NCBI GenBank assembly: GCA_965601515.1
Contig: CBFCWN010000003.1
Coordinates: 38,843 to 102,842, forward strand
Length of the DNA stretch: 64,000 nucleotides
Origin: an uncultured Myxococcales bacterium
GTDB lineage: Bacteria; Myxococcota_A; Polyangia; Polyangiales; Houyiibacteriaceae
Direction of reading: 5' to 3'
A model generated the notes under the pieces. It was not told the DNA's origin and ran no database searches. It saw only the letters and a program-made list of their open reading frames with translations. This document shows, piece after piece, positions 29,171 to 38,976 of this stretch. A program made the position numbers and the translations under genes. Numbering within the stretch: the stretch's first letter is position 1; every line of letters begins with the position of its first letter.

Positions 29171-29895
29171 CGACTTCAAGCGAAAGACCCGATGCCGGTC
29201 TCGGCGAACGCCTGCGTGAGTTGGACGCAGGCGAAATGCCTACGAACGAGGCTCTCATCGAGCAGATGTTCGCGAGCATGAAGTCGCGTTGCGACGAGAG
29301 CGATCACACCATCGCGGGCTTCCTGCGGAGTCGCTCGACGCTCGCGCGGCGGGCCATCGTTCTGGTCGTGTTCGTAGGGCTTGCCCTCGCCGGCTGGTTC
29401 ATGTTCCCGGTCATCGCGGAAGAGGCGCAGACCATGCAGTGGACGGCGAGCCTCGTCGCGTTCTGCCTGCTGATCGTCCTTGCGATGTTCATGGTGACCC
29501 GGCCCGTACACCTGCCCGAGCTTCCACGGTGGCAGTCGATCTCCCTTGCTTGCGTCGCGGTCGCCGCCACCGTGGTCGCGGCGTTCTGGCCGGTGCCTGA
29601 AGGCCTTGCCGCAGCGAGTACCCACGACCACGGCGGCGGTTTCATGGCCGGCGCGTGCATGGGCGTCGGCCTTCTTCTCGGTGTGCCCGTCTACGCGTTG
29701 CTTCGGCTCGTGGATCGGGGGAACGCCCTCGGCAGCCTCGTAGCGGCAGCGGCTGCAGGCGTGGCGGGGAACTTCGTCCTCAAAGCGCACTGCTCCATTG
29801 CTGGCACTTCACACGAGCTTCTCGGCCACGCTTCAGTCGCGGTACTCTTCGTCGTGGGTTTGGGGTTGGTTCATCGCGTGATTCCGTCTAAATAG
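29167..29895 (+). CDS. six-TM membrane protein, putative anti-sigma factor (NrsF/DUF1109-like topology)
   Basis: ATGA overlap with the sigma stop. About 60-aa cytoplasmic N-terminus (PTNEALIEQMF) followed by six hydrophobic helices. The family assignment rests on topology and position only. Confidence 0.55.
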   Translation: MTTSSERPDAGLGERLRELDAGEMPTNEALIEQMFASMKSRCDESDHTIAGFLRSRSTLARRAIVLVVFVGLALAGWFMFPVIAEEAQTMQWTASLVAFCLLIVLAMFMVTRPVHLPELPRWQSISLACVAVAATVVAAFWPVPEGLAAASTHDHGGGFMAGACMGVGLLLGVPVYALLRLVDRGNALGSLVAAAAAGVAGNFVLKAHCSIAGTSHELLGHASVAVLFVVGLGLVHRVIPSK

Positions 29896-29900
29896 ACGGC

Positions 29901-31256
29901 ATGTCGGAAGAGCTGCGTCGGGACTTCGAAGAACGAGGTATCCGAAAGGTCAAAGTCGGAGGCTTCGACGTCGACGGGGTGCTTCGCGGGAAGTACATCA
30001 GCCTCGCGAAGTTCTGGTCGTCGCTCGAAAAGGGCTTCGGCTTCTGCGACGTCATTTTCGGCTGGGACATCACCGACGAGCTCTACGACAACGCGACCGT
30101 CACCGGATGGAGTACGGGCTACCCCGACGCGCTCGCGAAGATCGATCCGTCGACGTTTCGCGTCTTGCCTGACGCGCCCGACACCGCCCACTTCTTAGTC
30201 GACTTCTACACGCAAACCGGTGAGCCCCACCCTGCGTGTCCACGGAACCTTCTGAAGGGGGTGCGTCAGCGCGCCGTCGACGCGGGCTTTAGCCCGGTGT
30301 TCAGCGCCGAGTTCGAGTTCTGGGTCTTCCAAGAAACTCCGCAGTCGCTTCACGAGAAAGGTTTTCGCGGCCTCGACCCGTTGAGTCCCGGCATGTTCGG
30401 CTACTCGTGGCTTCGGGAGGGGCAGCTTCAGCCGCTCGTCGACGACATCCTCGATACTTGCGAAGCGTACGACATCGAGATCGAGGGCCTCCATACCGAA
30501 ACCGGACCCGGTGTGTGGGAGGCTGCGATTCGCTACGACGACGTGCTGGCCGCCGCTGACAAAGCTGCGCTTTTCAAGACCACCATCAAGCAAGTCTGCG
30601 CCCGACACGATCTCACGGCGACGTTCATGGCCAAGTGGAGTGCGGACCTTCCGGGCTCGAGCGGGCACGTTCACCAGAGTCTTTTCGACGCCGGCAACCA
30701 AATCAACCTCTTCGCCGCGGCGGGGAGCGACAGTCTGAGTGAGACGGGGCTTCACTACCTTGGGGGCCTCGTATCGCTCTCGCCGGAGCTCACCGCGCTC
30801 TATTCGCCGTTCGTCAACAGCTACAAGCGCTACGTGCCAGGGCTGTGGGCGCCTCTGAACGCGACGTGGGGCATCGAGAACCGAACGTGTGGCTCGCGCG
30901 TCATCCTTGGCCCAAGTGACAGCGCGGCGCGGATCGAGCTTCGCCAAACCGCGGCCGACATCAATCCCTACGTCACGATGGCGACATGCCTAGGTTCAGG
31001 CCTCTATGGGATCGAGCAGAAGATCAAGCCGCCCCCCGAGACCAGCGGCGACGCCACGGCTTCGGGCGAGGCCGCGCTTGCTTTGCCGCTCACCCTCGAA
31101 GCGGCCGTGGCGAAGCTCCGGGCGAGCGAGTCGGCCCGCGAGATACTCGGGGACGGCTTCGTCGATCACTACATTCGTACGCGTGACTGGGAGTGCCGTC
31201 AGTACAACCGCTCGGTGAGCGAGTGGGAGCTGCGACGCTACTTCGAGGCGGTATAA
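29901..31256 (+). CDS. glutamine synthetase family protein (type I-like, gamma-glutamyl-amine synthetase class)
   Basis: 451 aa. GS catalytic-domain pattern (FSAEFEFWVF, GSSGHVHQSL, NSYKRY, RIELR). Confidence 0.85.
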   Translation: MSEELRRDFEERGIRKVKVGGFDVDGVLRGKYISLAKFWSSLEKGFGFCDVIFGWDITDELYDNATVTGWSTGYPDALAKIDPSTFRVLPDAPDTAHFLVDFYTQTGEPHPACPRNLLKGVRQRAVDAGFSPVFSAEFEFWVFQETPQSLHEKGFRGLDPLSPGMFGYSWLREGQLQPLVDDILDTCEAYDIEIEGLHTETGPGVWEAAIRYDDVLAAADKAALFKTTIKQVCARHDLTATFMAKWSADLPGSSGHVHQSLFDAGNQINLFAAAGSDSLSETGLHYLGGLVSLSPELTALYSPFVNSYKRYVPGLWAPLNATWGIENRTCGSRVILGPSDSAARIELRQTAADINPYVTMATCLGSGLYGIEQKIKPPPETSGDATASGEAALALPLTLEAAVAKLRASESAREILGDGFVDHYIRTRDWECRQYNRSVSEWELRRYFEAV

Positions 31257-31264
31257 GGAGCAAA

Positions 31265-32971
31265 GTGCTGAAACGACTGCTTTCAGAACGTCCTCTTCGA
31301 CTGCCGCACCTCCGGCCATACGTACCGCGTCCAAGCGACCCTTCGATCTTCTGGTTCAACAGCGAGCGGGACGACATCGTGTCAGATGTCGTCAGCCGGA
31401 TCTGCTCGGAGCTGGAAACCGACCGAAGTCGACTCGAGCTCGCCCTAAACGACGCGGCGTACCACGAAATCCGTCGGCTCGAGAAGCAGCGTGACGAAGA
31501 GGCGCGCGACCGGCTCGGCTACTGGCGCTCGATGATCCGCCGCGTCGGCAAGATGGACGACATGGAGCAGCGTCGCGTGCTGCATACGATCGTGACCAAC
31601 ATGGCGCGCGACGTGGCCGGCAACTTCGATCCGCGCGTCTACCGGTTTGCCCGCCAGGCGATCCCGCGACTCATCGGCGGGGTGATGGAGCCGCGACGCC
31701 TGTCGAAGGACCTCATGGCGCCTGCGCCGAAAGCGCTCGAGCGAGTCCTCAAAGTCCAGGGGGACGTCGAGCACCTGCAGAATCTGCAGAGTCGAGGCAG
31801 CCTGGTGTTCGTACCCACCCACTCGTCGAACCTCGACTCGATCGTACTCGCCCAGGCAATCGAGATCTCGGGGCTCCCTCCGGCGATTTACGGTGCAGGA
31901 AAGAACCTCTTCACCAACCCCATCATCAGCTTCTTCATGCACAACCTCGGCGCGTACCGAGTCGATCGTCGCATCCGCGTCAGCTTATATAAAGACGTAT
32001 TGAAGCTCTACTCGCAGGTGACCATCGAGCGGGGGTATCACACGCTGTTTTTTCCAGGAGGAACGCGCAGTCGGTCCGGCATGATCGAGCGCCACCTGAA
32101 GCTCGGCCTTCTGGGGTCGGCGGTCGAAGCATTCACGACGAATCGCATCCGTCGCATCGACCGGCCCGTATGGTTCGTCCCGACGACCATCAACTATGCG
32201 CTGGTGCTCGAGGCAGAAACGCTGATACGCGATTGGCTGACCGAAGAAGGCAAGGCGCGCTACATCATCGAGGACGACGAGTTCTCGCAGATCGATCGTT
32301 GGGTCGCGTTCTTCCGGAAGGTCGTGGGTATGCGAGGGGCGTGCGTCATTCGCTTCGGGAAGCCGATGGACCCGTTCGGGAACGAGGTCGACGAGACCGG
32401 GCAGTCGATGACGCCCAAGGGCCGCATCATCGACGCCGGCGGCTACGTCGAGAGTCGCGGAAAGCCGGTCGCCGACGCTGCCCGCGATGCTGCGTACACG
32501 CGCGAGCTCGGGGAAGTACTCGCGGAGCGATACGAAGCGGATACGGTGTTGATGAGCACGCAGGTCGTTGGCCACGTGCTCTTTCGGGCGCTGGTCCAAG
32601 CGACGCCCGGGATGGACCTTTTCGCCCGACTTCGGCTTCGAGGAGAGATCGCGCTCGACCACGAGGACGTGATCGCCACCCTCGGCGAGACGACCCGGCG
32701 TCTGCTCGAGCTCGAGCGACAGGGGCGAGTGCGGGTGAGCGACGTCGTGCGCGACGATTCGCCGGGCGACCTCCTCGAGCACGCGCTGAGTCTGTGGAAC
32801 GGCTATCACGACTCGACCGCGGCAAGCCTCGAGGGTGGCCGCGTCGTCCTCCGCGATCCCGCGCTTCTGCTCTACTATCAGAACCGGCTCGTGCCCTTCG
32901 CCGAGGAGATCGCCACGCCTGAGCAGCTCCCGGCGGCCTGCGAAATCGAAAAACTGGGGGCTCACCGATGA
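31265..32971 (+). CDS. glycerol-3-phosphate acyltransferase-like protein (PlsB/GPAT family)
   Basis: GTG at 31265, just after the GS stop. HX4D acyltransferase motif VPTHSSNLDS and FFPGGTRSRSG block III. Adjacent to gpsA. Confidence 0.65.
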   Translation: MLKRLLSERPLRLPHLRPYVPRPSDPSIFWFNSERDDIVSDVVSRICSELETDRSRLELALNDAAYHEIRRLEKQRDEEARDRLGYWRSMIRRVGKMDDMEQRRVLHTIVTNMARDVAGNFDPRVYRFARQAIPRLIGGVMEPRRLSKDLMAPAPKALERVLKVQGDVEHLQNLQSRGSLVFVPTHSSNLDSIVLAQAIEISGLPPAIYGAGKNLFTNPIISFFMHNLGAYRVDRRIRVSLYKDVLKLYSQVTIERGYHTLFFPGGTRSRSGMIERHLKLGLLGSAVEAFTTNRIRRIDRPVWFVPTTINYALVLEAETLIRDWLTEEGKARYIIEDDEFSQIDRWVAFFRKVVGMRGACVIRFGKPMDPFGNEVDETGQSMTPKGRIIDAGGYVESRGKPVADAARDAAYTRELGEVLAERYEADTVLMSTQVVGHVLFRALVQATPGMDLFARLRLRGEIALDHEDVIATLGETTRRLLELERQGRVRVSDVVRDDSPGDLLEHALSLWNGYHDSTAASLEGGRVVLRDPALLLYYQNRLVPFAEEIATPEQLPAACEIEKLGAHR

Positions 32972-33903
32972 GTATGCGCGTGGGTATTCTGGGTGCCGGA
33001 GGTTTCGGTCGCGCCCTTGCGCTCGCGTCGGCGCGACACGGACACGAAGTGGTACTTTGGAGTCGGAAGCCGCGGGACCTGCCCGACCCGATTCACACCT
33101 CGACGGACATCGGCGTGCTTGCCGACTGCGAGCTGATCTTCATCGCGGTGCCTGCACGACATGCGGTCGAAGCGGCGGACCAGCTCGGGGAAGTCATCGA
33201 TGGACGTCACCTCGTAGTTCACATCAGCCGCGGTCTCGTCGGCTCCGAGCTCAAGACGATTACCCAGGTCGTGCGCGAAAAGACCGTCTGTCGACGGATC
33301 GGCGCGCTCGCCGGCCCTCTCGTGGCCGACGCGCTTGCCGAGGGCCGACCGAGCGGCGCGATCCTCGGTACGGGTTTCCCCGAGATCACGGCGAGTGTTC
33401 GAGAAGCGATCGGTGGTTCCGAGCTGCGCATTTACGACACCCCCGACGTCATCGGCGTGGAGCTTGCGAGCGCCACCGTTGGTTTCTTGACGGTCGTTCT
33501 CGGCTACGTGCAGGAGATCGGGATCGAGCCCGGCACCCTCGCGGTGCTTGCGACGCGCGGGATGGTCGAGATCTCGCGCATCGGCGTCACGCTGGGCGCA
33601 CAGGAGTCGACCTTCATGGGTCTCGCTGGTCTCGGCGACCTCATCGCTGCCGTCGCGGGCGACCAGCGTCCGGAGTCCCGATTGGGGCAGGCCTTGGCGC
33701 GCGGCACGAAGCTTGGCACCGCGATCGGTGAAATCGGCGCATACGTCGAAGGTTTCGAGGTCGCGCAGCAGATGATGGAACACGCGCGCCGACACGGTCT
33801 CGAAACACCGATTTCCTCAACCTTCGCCGCAGTCTCCGAAGGTCGCTTGAGTCCGAATGATGCTATTCAAGCCCTCATGGAGAGGCGCGTGGGCCGAGAA
33901 TGA
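32968..33903 (+). CDS. gpsA: NAD(P)H-dependent glycerol-3-phosphate dehydrogenase
   Basis: 311 aa. Rossmann motif VGILGAGGFGRALA and GLAGLGDL. ATGA overlap with the upstream gene. Confidence 0.88.
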   Translation: MSMRVGILGAGGFGRALALASARHGHEVVLWSRKPRDLPDPIHTSTDIGVLADCELIFIAVPARHAVEAADQLGEVIDGRHLVVHISRGLVGSELKTITQVVREKTVCRRIGALAGPLVADALAEGRPSGAILGTGFPEITASVREAIGGSELRIYDTPDVIGVELASATVGFLTVVLGYVQEIGIEPGTLAVLATRGMVEISRIGVTLGAQESTFMGLAGLGDLIAAVAGDQRPESRLGQALARGTKLGTAIGEIGAYVEGFEVAQQMMEHARRHGLETPISSTFAAVSEGRLSPNDAIQALMERRVGRE

Positions 33904-35069
33904 GCGAAGGGGACTTGGTTCTTTGGAGCTTTCCGACACGGATCGTCGCGGGCGAAGGCGCGGCCAAGCAGTGCGCGAGAGAAGCCCTGCAGCTCGGTGC
34001 GACTCGCGTCCTGCTCGTTTCCGATCGAGGTATCGAGGCGGCGGGGCTGCTTGGACCGATTCGTGAGGCGCTCGACGCCGGTGGGTTGCCACATGCATCC
34101 GCGCTCGACATCTCGTCGAATCCGCTCGAAGCCGAAGTGCTCGAGGCTGCAAGCATCTTCGTGGACTTCGGCGCGGACCTCGTGCTTGCGGTAGGAGGCG
34201 GCAGCGTGCTCGACGTGGCGAAGCTGGTTCGACTCGCGGCCACGCATCCCGAGCCGCTCGCGCAGTACGACGATGCGGTCGGCGGAAGCACCAAGATCGT
34301 CGAACCGCTGCCGCCGATGATCGCGATTCCGACCACGGCCGGCACCGGAAGCGAAGTCGGCCGAAGCGGCGTCGTCACCATCGAGGCCACCAACACCAAG
34401 ACGGTCATCTTCGCACCGTCGTTGCTCCCCGATGTCGCGATCTTGGACCCCGTCGTGACGAAAACCATGCCGCCCTTCATGACCGCCGCGACCGGCATGG
34501 ATGCACTCGCTCACTGCGTGGAGGCTTACTCAGCGCTGGGGGATCATCCGATGGCCGACGCGATTGCGCTCGGCGGCATTCGTCTCTGCCACCGCTCGCT
34601 GGCGACGGCGACGAAAGAGCCGAGCGACCTTCGTGCGCGGGCTGACATGCTCACCGCGGCAATGATGGGGGCGGTTGCGTTCCAAAAGGGACTCGGGGCG
34701 TGTCATTCGCTCGCGCACCCGCTTTCGACCGAGTTTGGGCTCCACCATGGCCTCGCAAACGCGCTCTGCTTGCCCGCCGTCCTCGACTACAATCGAGCCG
34801 TGATTCCAGAACGCATCGCGGAGGTCGCGCGACAGCTCGGCGTCCGCGATTCCGACGCCAATACGCTGTCGTTTGAGTGTGCGGGCGCGGTACGCGCGCT
34901 TCGAAAGTCCATTGGACTCCCCGGCGACCTGCGTTCGCAAGGCATCTCGGAGGACGACCTGCCAAAGCTCGCCGCCCTCGCCTACAAAGACGTATGTCAT
35001 CAGCTCAACCCGCGGCCCTGCACCGAGGAAGACCTGCTCGCGCTCTACAAGGCGAGCCTCGACGGTTAG
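33900..35069 (+). CDS. iron-containing (group III) alcohol dehydrogenase
   Basis: 389 aa. GGGSVLDVAK, PTTAGTGSEV and His-rich metal-site motifs (AHCVEAY, CHSLAHPL). ATGA overlap with gpsA. Confidence 0.9.
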   Translation: MSEGDLVLWSFPTRIVAGEGAAKQCAREALQLGATRVLLVSDRGIEAAGLLGPIREALDAGGLPHASALDISSNPLEAEVLEAASIFVDFGADLVLAVGGGSVLDVAKLVRLAATHPEPLAQYDDAVGGSTKIVEPLPPMIAIPTTAGTGSEVGRSGVVTIEATNTKTVIFAPSLLPDVAILDPVVTKTMPPFMTAATGMDALAHCVEAYSALGDHPMADAIALGGIRLCHRSLATATKEPSDLRARADMLTAAMMGAVAFQKGLGACHSLAHPLSTEFGLHHGLANALCLPAVLDYNRAVIPERIAEVARQLGVRDSDANTLSFECAGAVRALRKSIGLPGDLRSQGISEDDLPKLAALAYKDVCHQLNPRPCTEEDLLALYKASLDG

Positions 35070-35073
35070 CGCA

Positions 35074-35559
35074 GTGGCAAAGCGAAAAAAGGGCCAGCTC
35101 GAATCGGTCTCCAAGGTGTTGAAAGGCGTGTACCCAGCGCCCGACCAGCTCGAAGCCGCGAAGGTGTTCGCGTGGTGGGGGCGCGCGGTTCCGGCTCGCA
35201 TCCTGAAACACGCGCGCCCTGTCAGGCTCACGCGCGGCGTGCTGATCGTCCACGTGACGTCGTCTGTGTGGGCAAACGAGCTGCACTACCTGAGCGACGA
35301 CCTCCTCACACGTCTCCGAGAAGAAGCCCCCGCACTACGCATCGAAAAGATCCGCTTCCAAGTCGGCCCGCTCCCCGACCTCCCGAAACGCGAAGCGCCA
35401 TCACCGCCTCCCCCCGACCCCATCCACCTCGCCTCCCTCCCGGAAGACCTGGGCCGCGCCCTAAGCCGGGTCGAGGACGATGCACTCCGCAAAACGATTA
35501 CCGACGCCGCCCGCACGAGCCTCGCCCGGGGACACGGAGCCCCTCCCAAAGCGAAGTAG
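35074..35559 (+). CDS. DUF721 domain protein (DciA-like)
   Basis: GTG at 35074. W..AVP..I..HARPVRLTRGVLIVHVTSSVWANELHYL...LL..L pattern typical of DUF721. Pro-rich tail. Confidence 0.65.
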   Translation: MAKRKKGQLESVSKVLKGVYPAPDQLEAAKVFAWWGRAVPARILKHARPVRLTRGVLIVHVTSSVWANELHYLSDDLLTRLREEAPALRIEKIRFQVGPLPDLPKREAPSPPPPDPIHLASLPEDLGRALSRVEDDALRKTITDAARTSLARGHGAPPKAK

Positions 35560-35656
35560 TCCGGCGCGGGTGCCAGCCGAGCCGCGTTTTGCAAATCGCG
35601 CGGGTTGGTTCGTAAGGGTTGAAAATGGTTGAGGTTTTGGGGGGGCTGCGTGTCCC

Positions 35657-35971
35657 CTATTTGATGGCGGCGATCATTTTGTCGAGGAGGGCTGGGGCTT
35701 CTTCGGTGTTTAGGCGCGCGCAGATGGAGGCTGGGAGTGGGAGCGTGATCAGCTGGAGCTCTTCCGTGGCGAGGAGCGAGAGGCTGACGCCGAGCTCCTC
35801 CGCGATTCTTGCGATGAGGTCGATGCCGGGATCGCCGACGTCGGCGTTTTCGATGCGGGCGATCGTGCGTCTCGATACGCCGACTCGCTCGGCGAGGTCG
35901 AGCTGACCCATCCGCTCGTGGGAATCACGAAGGACGGGCAGGTTGGCGGAAATGACATCGATGGTGGGCAT
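35657..35971 (-). CDS. XRE-family helix-turn-helix transcriptional regulator
   Basis: 104 aa. HTH_3 pattern GQLDLAERVGVSRRTIARIENA. Confidence 0.8.
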   Translation of the reverse strand: MPTIDVISANLPVLRDSHERMGQLDLAERVGVSRRTIARIENADVGDPGIDLIARIAEELGVSLSLLATEELQLITLPLPASICARLNTEEAPALLDKMIAAIK

Positions 35972-36050
35972 GAGCGGACACTACCGTCCGAAGTGAACTC
36001 CCACAAGGGCGCGATGCCCAAGCAAGGCCCAACTCGGTTCCCTCGGCGCG

Positions 36051-36851
36051 CTAGCTTCGAGAAAGCCCCTGCGCCAACTCCGACACGAGGGCACGTACCG
36101 ACTCGACGGCCGCCTCGTGAGAGGGCGCCTCTTCGATCACGCCAACGACCGCGCTGCCAACGACCACGCCGTCCGCATGAGGCGCGACCGTGGCGACGTC
36201 GTCTTTGGTCTTCACACCGAATCCGAGCGCAACGGGCGTTGCGATCTCTTTCTGCAGCGCTCCAGCCCGCAGCGACGCGCTGTCGAGGTCAGCAGCCTTC
36301 GACCCTGTCACGCCTGTCATCGAGACGTAGTAGATGAACGACGTCGCCGCCTGCGCGGCCTGCCGAATGCGTTCGGGGTTGCTGGTCGGCGCGACCAGCG
36401 GCACGAAGTCGAGCCCTTTCTCGATGGCCGGCGTTCGCAGGCCCCCGCTTTCCTCGGGCGGCAGGTTCACGACCAAAAAGCCGTCGGCCCCAGCTTCGGC
36501 AGCGTCGTCGACGAGCTTCGACTCGCCGTACGCGAGAATCGGGTTGTAGTAGCCGAACAGCAGGATCGGTACGTTGGTCCGTTTGCGAATCGCACGGACC
36601 GTATCGAGCACACCCACCAGGGTGGTTCCGCCCGCAAGCGCTCGCTCGGCAGCGCGCTGAATCGCGGGACCATCGGCCGTTGGGTCACTGAAAGGAACCC
36701 CGAGCTCGATGACGTCAGCGCCCGCCTCGGCGGCCGCCACCACGAGATCGACGGTGGCCTCTAGATTGGGGTCACCCGCACAGATGTAGATGACGAGTGC
36801 AGCACGATCCTCAGCGCTGGCCCGAGTGAAGGCGTCGGCGATCCGCCCCAC
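36051..36851 (-). CDS. trpA: tryptophan synthase alpha chain
   Basis: 266 aa. ELGVPFSDPTADGP signature. Confidence 0.95.
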   Translation of the reverse strand: MGRIADAFTRASAEDRAALVIYICAGDPNLEATVDLVVAAAEAGADVIELGVPFSDPTADGPAIQRAAERALAGGTTLVGVLDTVRAIRKRTNVPILLFGYYNPILAYGESKLVDDAAEAGADGFLVVNLPPEESGGLRTPAIEKGLDFVPLVAPTSNPERIRQAAQAATSFIYYVSMTGVTGSKAADLDSASLRAGALQKEIATPVALGFGVKTKDDVATVAPHADGVVVGSAVVGVIEEAPSHEAAVESVRALVSELAQGLSRS

Positions 36852-36855
36852 TGGC

Positions 36856-38046
36856 TCAGCTCCTGGCCTCGAGCTGCTGGATCACGGTCTCGAGGTCTTT
36901 GTCGCCTCGACCCGAGAGGCAGACGACCAGGTCGGCATCCTTGCCAACTTCGTCGGCCAGCGCCGGAAGGTAGGCAAACGCATGGCTCGTCTCGAGCGCC
37001 GGAATGATGCCCTCCGTCCGGCAGAGCTTCTGGAACCAGTCGAGCGCTTCCTGGTCCGTGACGGAGACGTACTCCGCGCGTCCGGTGTCCTTGAGCCACG
37101 CGTGTTCAGGGCCAACTCCGGGGTAATCGAGACCTGCACTCACGGAGTGCGCCTCGACGATCTGCCCGTCCGGAGTCTGAAGGATGTAGCTCTTCGCCCC
37201 GTGCAACACGCCCACACCGCCCGCGCACAGCGGCGCGGCATGCTTCCCGCTCGAAATGCCCTCGCCCGCGGCCTCGACACCAATCAGCCGGACGCCCGGG
37301 TCTTCAATGAACCCAGCAAAGATGCCCATTGCGTTGGAGCCGCCTCCCACGCACGCCACCACGGCATCGGGTAGTCGCCCCGCCTTTTCGAGCATCTGCG
37401 CGCGCGTCTCTTTTCCGATCACCGCCTGGTAGTCGCGGACGATCATCGGATAGGGGTGAGGACCAGCCACGGAGCCTACGCAGTAGTGCGTCGTACGGAC
37501 ATTGGTGACCCAGTCCCGAAGCGCCTCGTTCATTGCGTCTTTGAGCGTCGAGGAACCAGACGTCACCGCGTGGACGGTCGCCCCGAGGAGCTCCATGCGC
37601 TGAACGTTGGGCGCCTGCCGTTTCACGTCTTCGGCGCCCATGTAGACCTCGCAGGGAAGTCCCATCAGCGCGCATGCGGTCGCCGTCGCGACGCCGTGCT
37701 GACCTGCCCCTGTCTCGGCGATGATGCGCGTCTTGCCCATCCGCTTCGCGAGGAGGACCTGCCCGATGGTGTTGTTCACTTTGTGTGCGCCGGTATGACA
37801 GAGGTCTTCACGCTTCAACCAGATGCGAGGGCCCAGCTCCTCGGTGAGGCGCGATGCGAAGTAGAGCGGTGTCTCCCGTCCCGCGTAGTCCCGAAGCAGG
37901 GAGTTGAGCTCATCCTGAAAGCCTTTGTCAGTCTGCGAAACGCGATACGCCTCGATGAGCTCATCGAGCGCAGGCATAAGCGTTTCGGCCACATAGCGAC
38001 CCCCGTAGGGGCCATATCGACCAGAGATGGATTCGGCGGCTTGCAT
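36856..38046 (-). CDS. trpB: tryptophan synthase beta chain
   Basis: [11 protein letters not shown] start region, [12 protein letters not shown] site, GGGSNA. ATG at 38046 with an AGAGG SD, preferred over track start 38112. Confidence 0.95.
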   Translation of the reverse strand: MQAAESISGRYGPYGGRYVAETLMPALDELIEAYRVSQTDKGFQDELNSLLRDYAGRETPLYFASRLTEELGPRIWLKREDLCHTGAHKVNNTIGQVLLAKRMGKTRIIAETGAGQHGVATATACALMGLPCEVYMGAEDVKRQAPNVQRMELLGATVHAVTSGSSTLKDAMNEALRDWVTNVRTTHYCVGSVAGPHPYPMIVRDYQAVIGKETRAQMLEKAGRLPDAVVACVGGGSNAMGIFAGFIEDPGVRLIGVEAAGEGISSGKHAAPLCAGGVGVLHGAKSYILQTPDGQIVEAHSVSAGLDYPGVGPEHAWLKDTGRAEYVSVTDQEALDWFQKLCRTEGIIPALETSHAFAYLPALADEVGKDADLVVCLSGRGDKDLETVIQQLEARS

Positions 38047-38086
38047 GACTAGGCCTCTAGCGCATACGACTCTCTCGTGCATGCAT

Positions 38087-38968
38087 ATGTCCGAGCGACC
38101 TGACACCGACATCCCACTCTTCGACCCCCGCGCCTACGCCCGCCTGCTCAAACGGGTCTCGTTCATCCGCCAGTGGTTTGAGCCGACAATTACGGGCGTC
38201 GAGCACATTCCGGAGACCGAGGGCGCGCTCATCGTGACGAACCACGGGCACTTCGGCATGGACCTCGTGGTACTGCTGTCACTCGTCCTCGACGCGACCG
38301 GGCGTCCTGTACGCGCGCTCGGCGACCGAATCGTGTTCGCCGCACCGTTCGTTCGCGATTGGGCCCATAAGCTTGGCGGGATCGAAGGTCACCCGGAGGC
38401 GGCGGTCGAGCTCCTTCGGGACGACCAGCTCGTCCTCGTCTACCCCGGCGGAGCACGCGAGGCGCTGCACGACCCCGAGAGCGCCTATCGCCTCGAGTGG
38501 GAGAACAGCCACGGCTTCATCCGAACCGCCCTCCGAGCCCAAAAGCCGATTCTTCCGATCGCCGGCATCGGCAACGAGGAACTCTACGTGCAGGTAGTCT
38601 CGCAAGACCGCGTCCGTGAGACTGGCGTGGGTCGCGTCGTCTCGAAGCTCCTCGGCGAGAAGTACGTCCCGTCTCTCTACATGGGACTCGGGCCCCTCCC
38701 GTTCCCCTCGGATCTTCGCTACATCATCGGTGACCCGATTCGACTCCCTTACGGTCCTGAGGCTGCAGACGATCCCGAGGTCGTTGCGAAGCTGCATCGC
38801 CAAGTCACAGACGCGACACAGGCACTGATCGACGAAGGACTCCGCGAGCGCGAACAGCCTGCGGCCAAGCAAACCGTATCAGCCGAACGGCAAGCAACCG
38901 AGGTCGCAACGGATGACCGCTCGGACGTCCTGGACGATGCTTCGGAGTCCCGCCGCCGCGTGATATAA
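38087..38968 (+). CDS. lysophospholipid/glycerolipid acyltransferase family protein
   Basis: [11 protein letters not shown] acyltransferase block I-like motif and VYPGGAREA block III. The start is ATG 38087 (or 38081), only about 35-40 nt from the divergent trpB start. Confidence 0.6.
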   Translation: MSERPDTDIPLFDPRAYARLLKRVSFIRQWFEPTITGVEHIPETEGALIVTNHGHFGMDLVVLLSLVLDATGRPVRALGDRIVFAAPFVRDWAHKLGGIEGHPEAAVELLRDDQLVLVYPGGAREALHDPESAYRLEWENSHGFIRTALRAQKPILPIAGIGNEELYVQVVSQDRVRETGVGRVVSKLLGEKYVPSLYMGLGPLPFPSDLRYIIGDPIRLPYGPEAADDPEVVAKLHRQVTDATQALIDEGLREREQPAAKQTVSAERQATEVATDDRSDVLDDASESRRRVI

Positions 38969-38976
38969 ACATCATC

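Noticed and set aside
35596-35646. G/T-rich tract with repeated GGTT units ending in G7 (gggttggttcgtaagggttgaaaatggttgaggttttggggggg) between convergent genes
   Set aside because: The G-runs are too few and the loops too long for a confident G-quadruplex. It could be a C-rich rut-like site on the minus transcript, but this cannot be supported from sequence alone.
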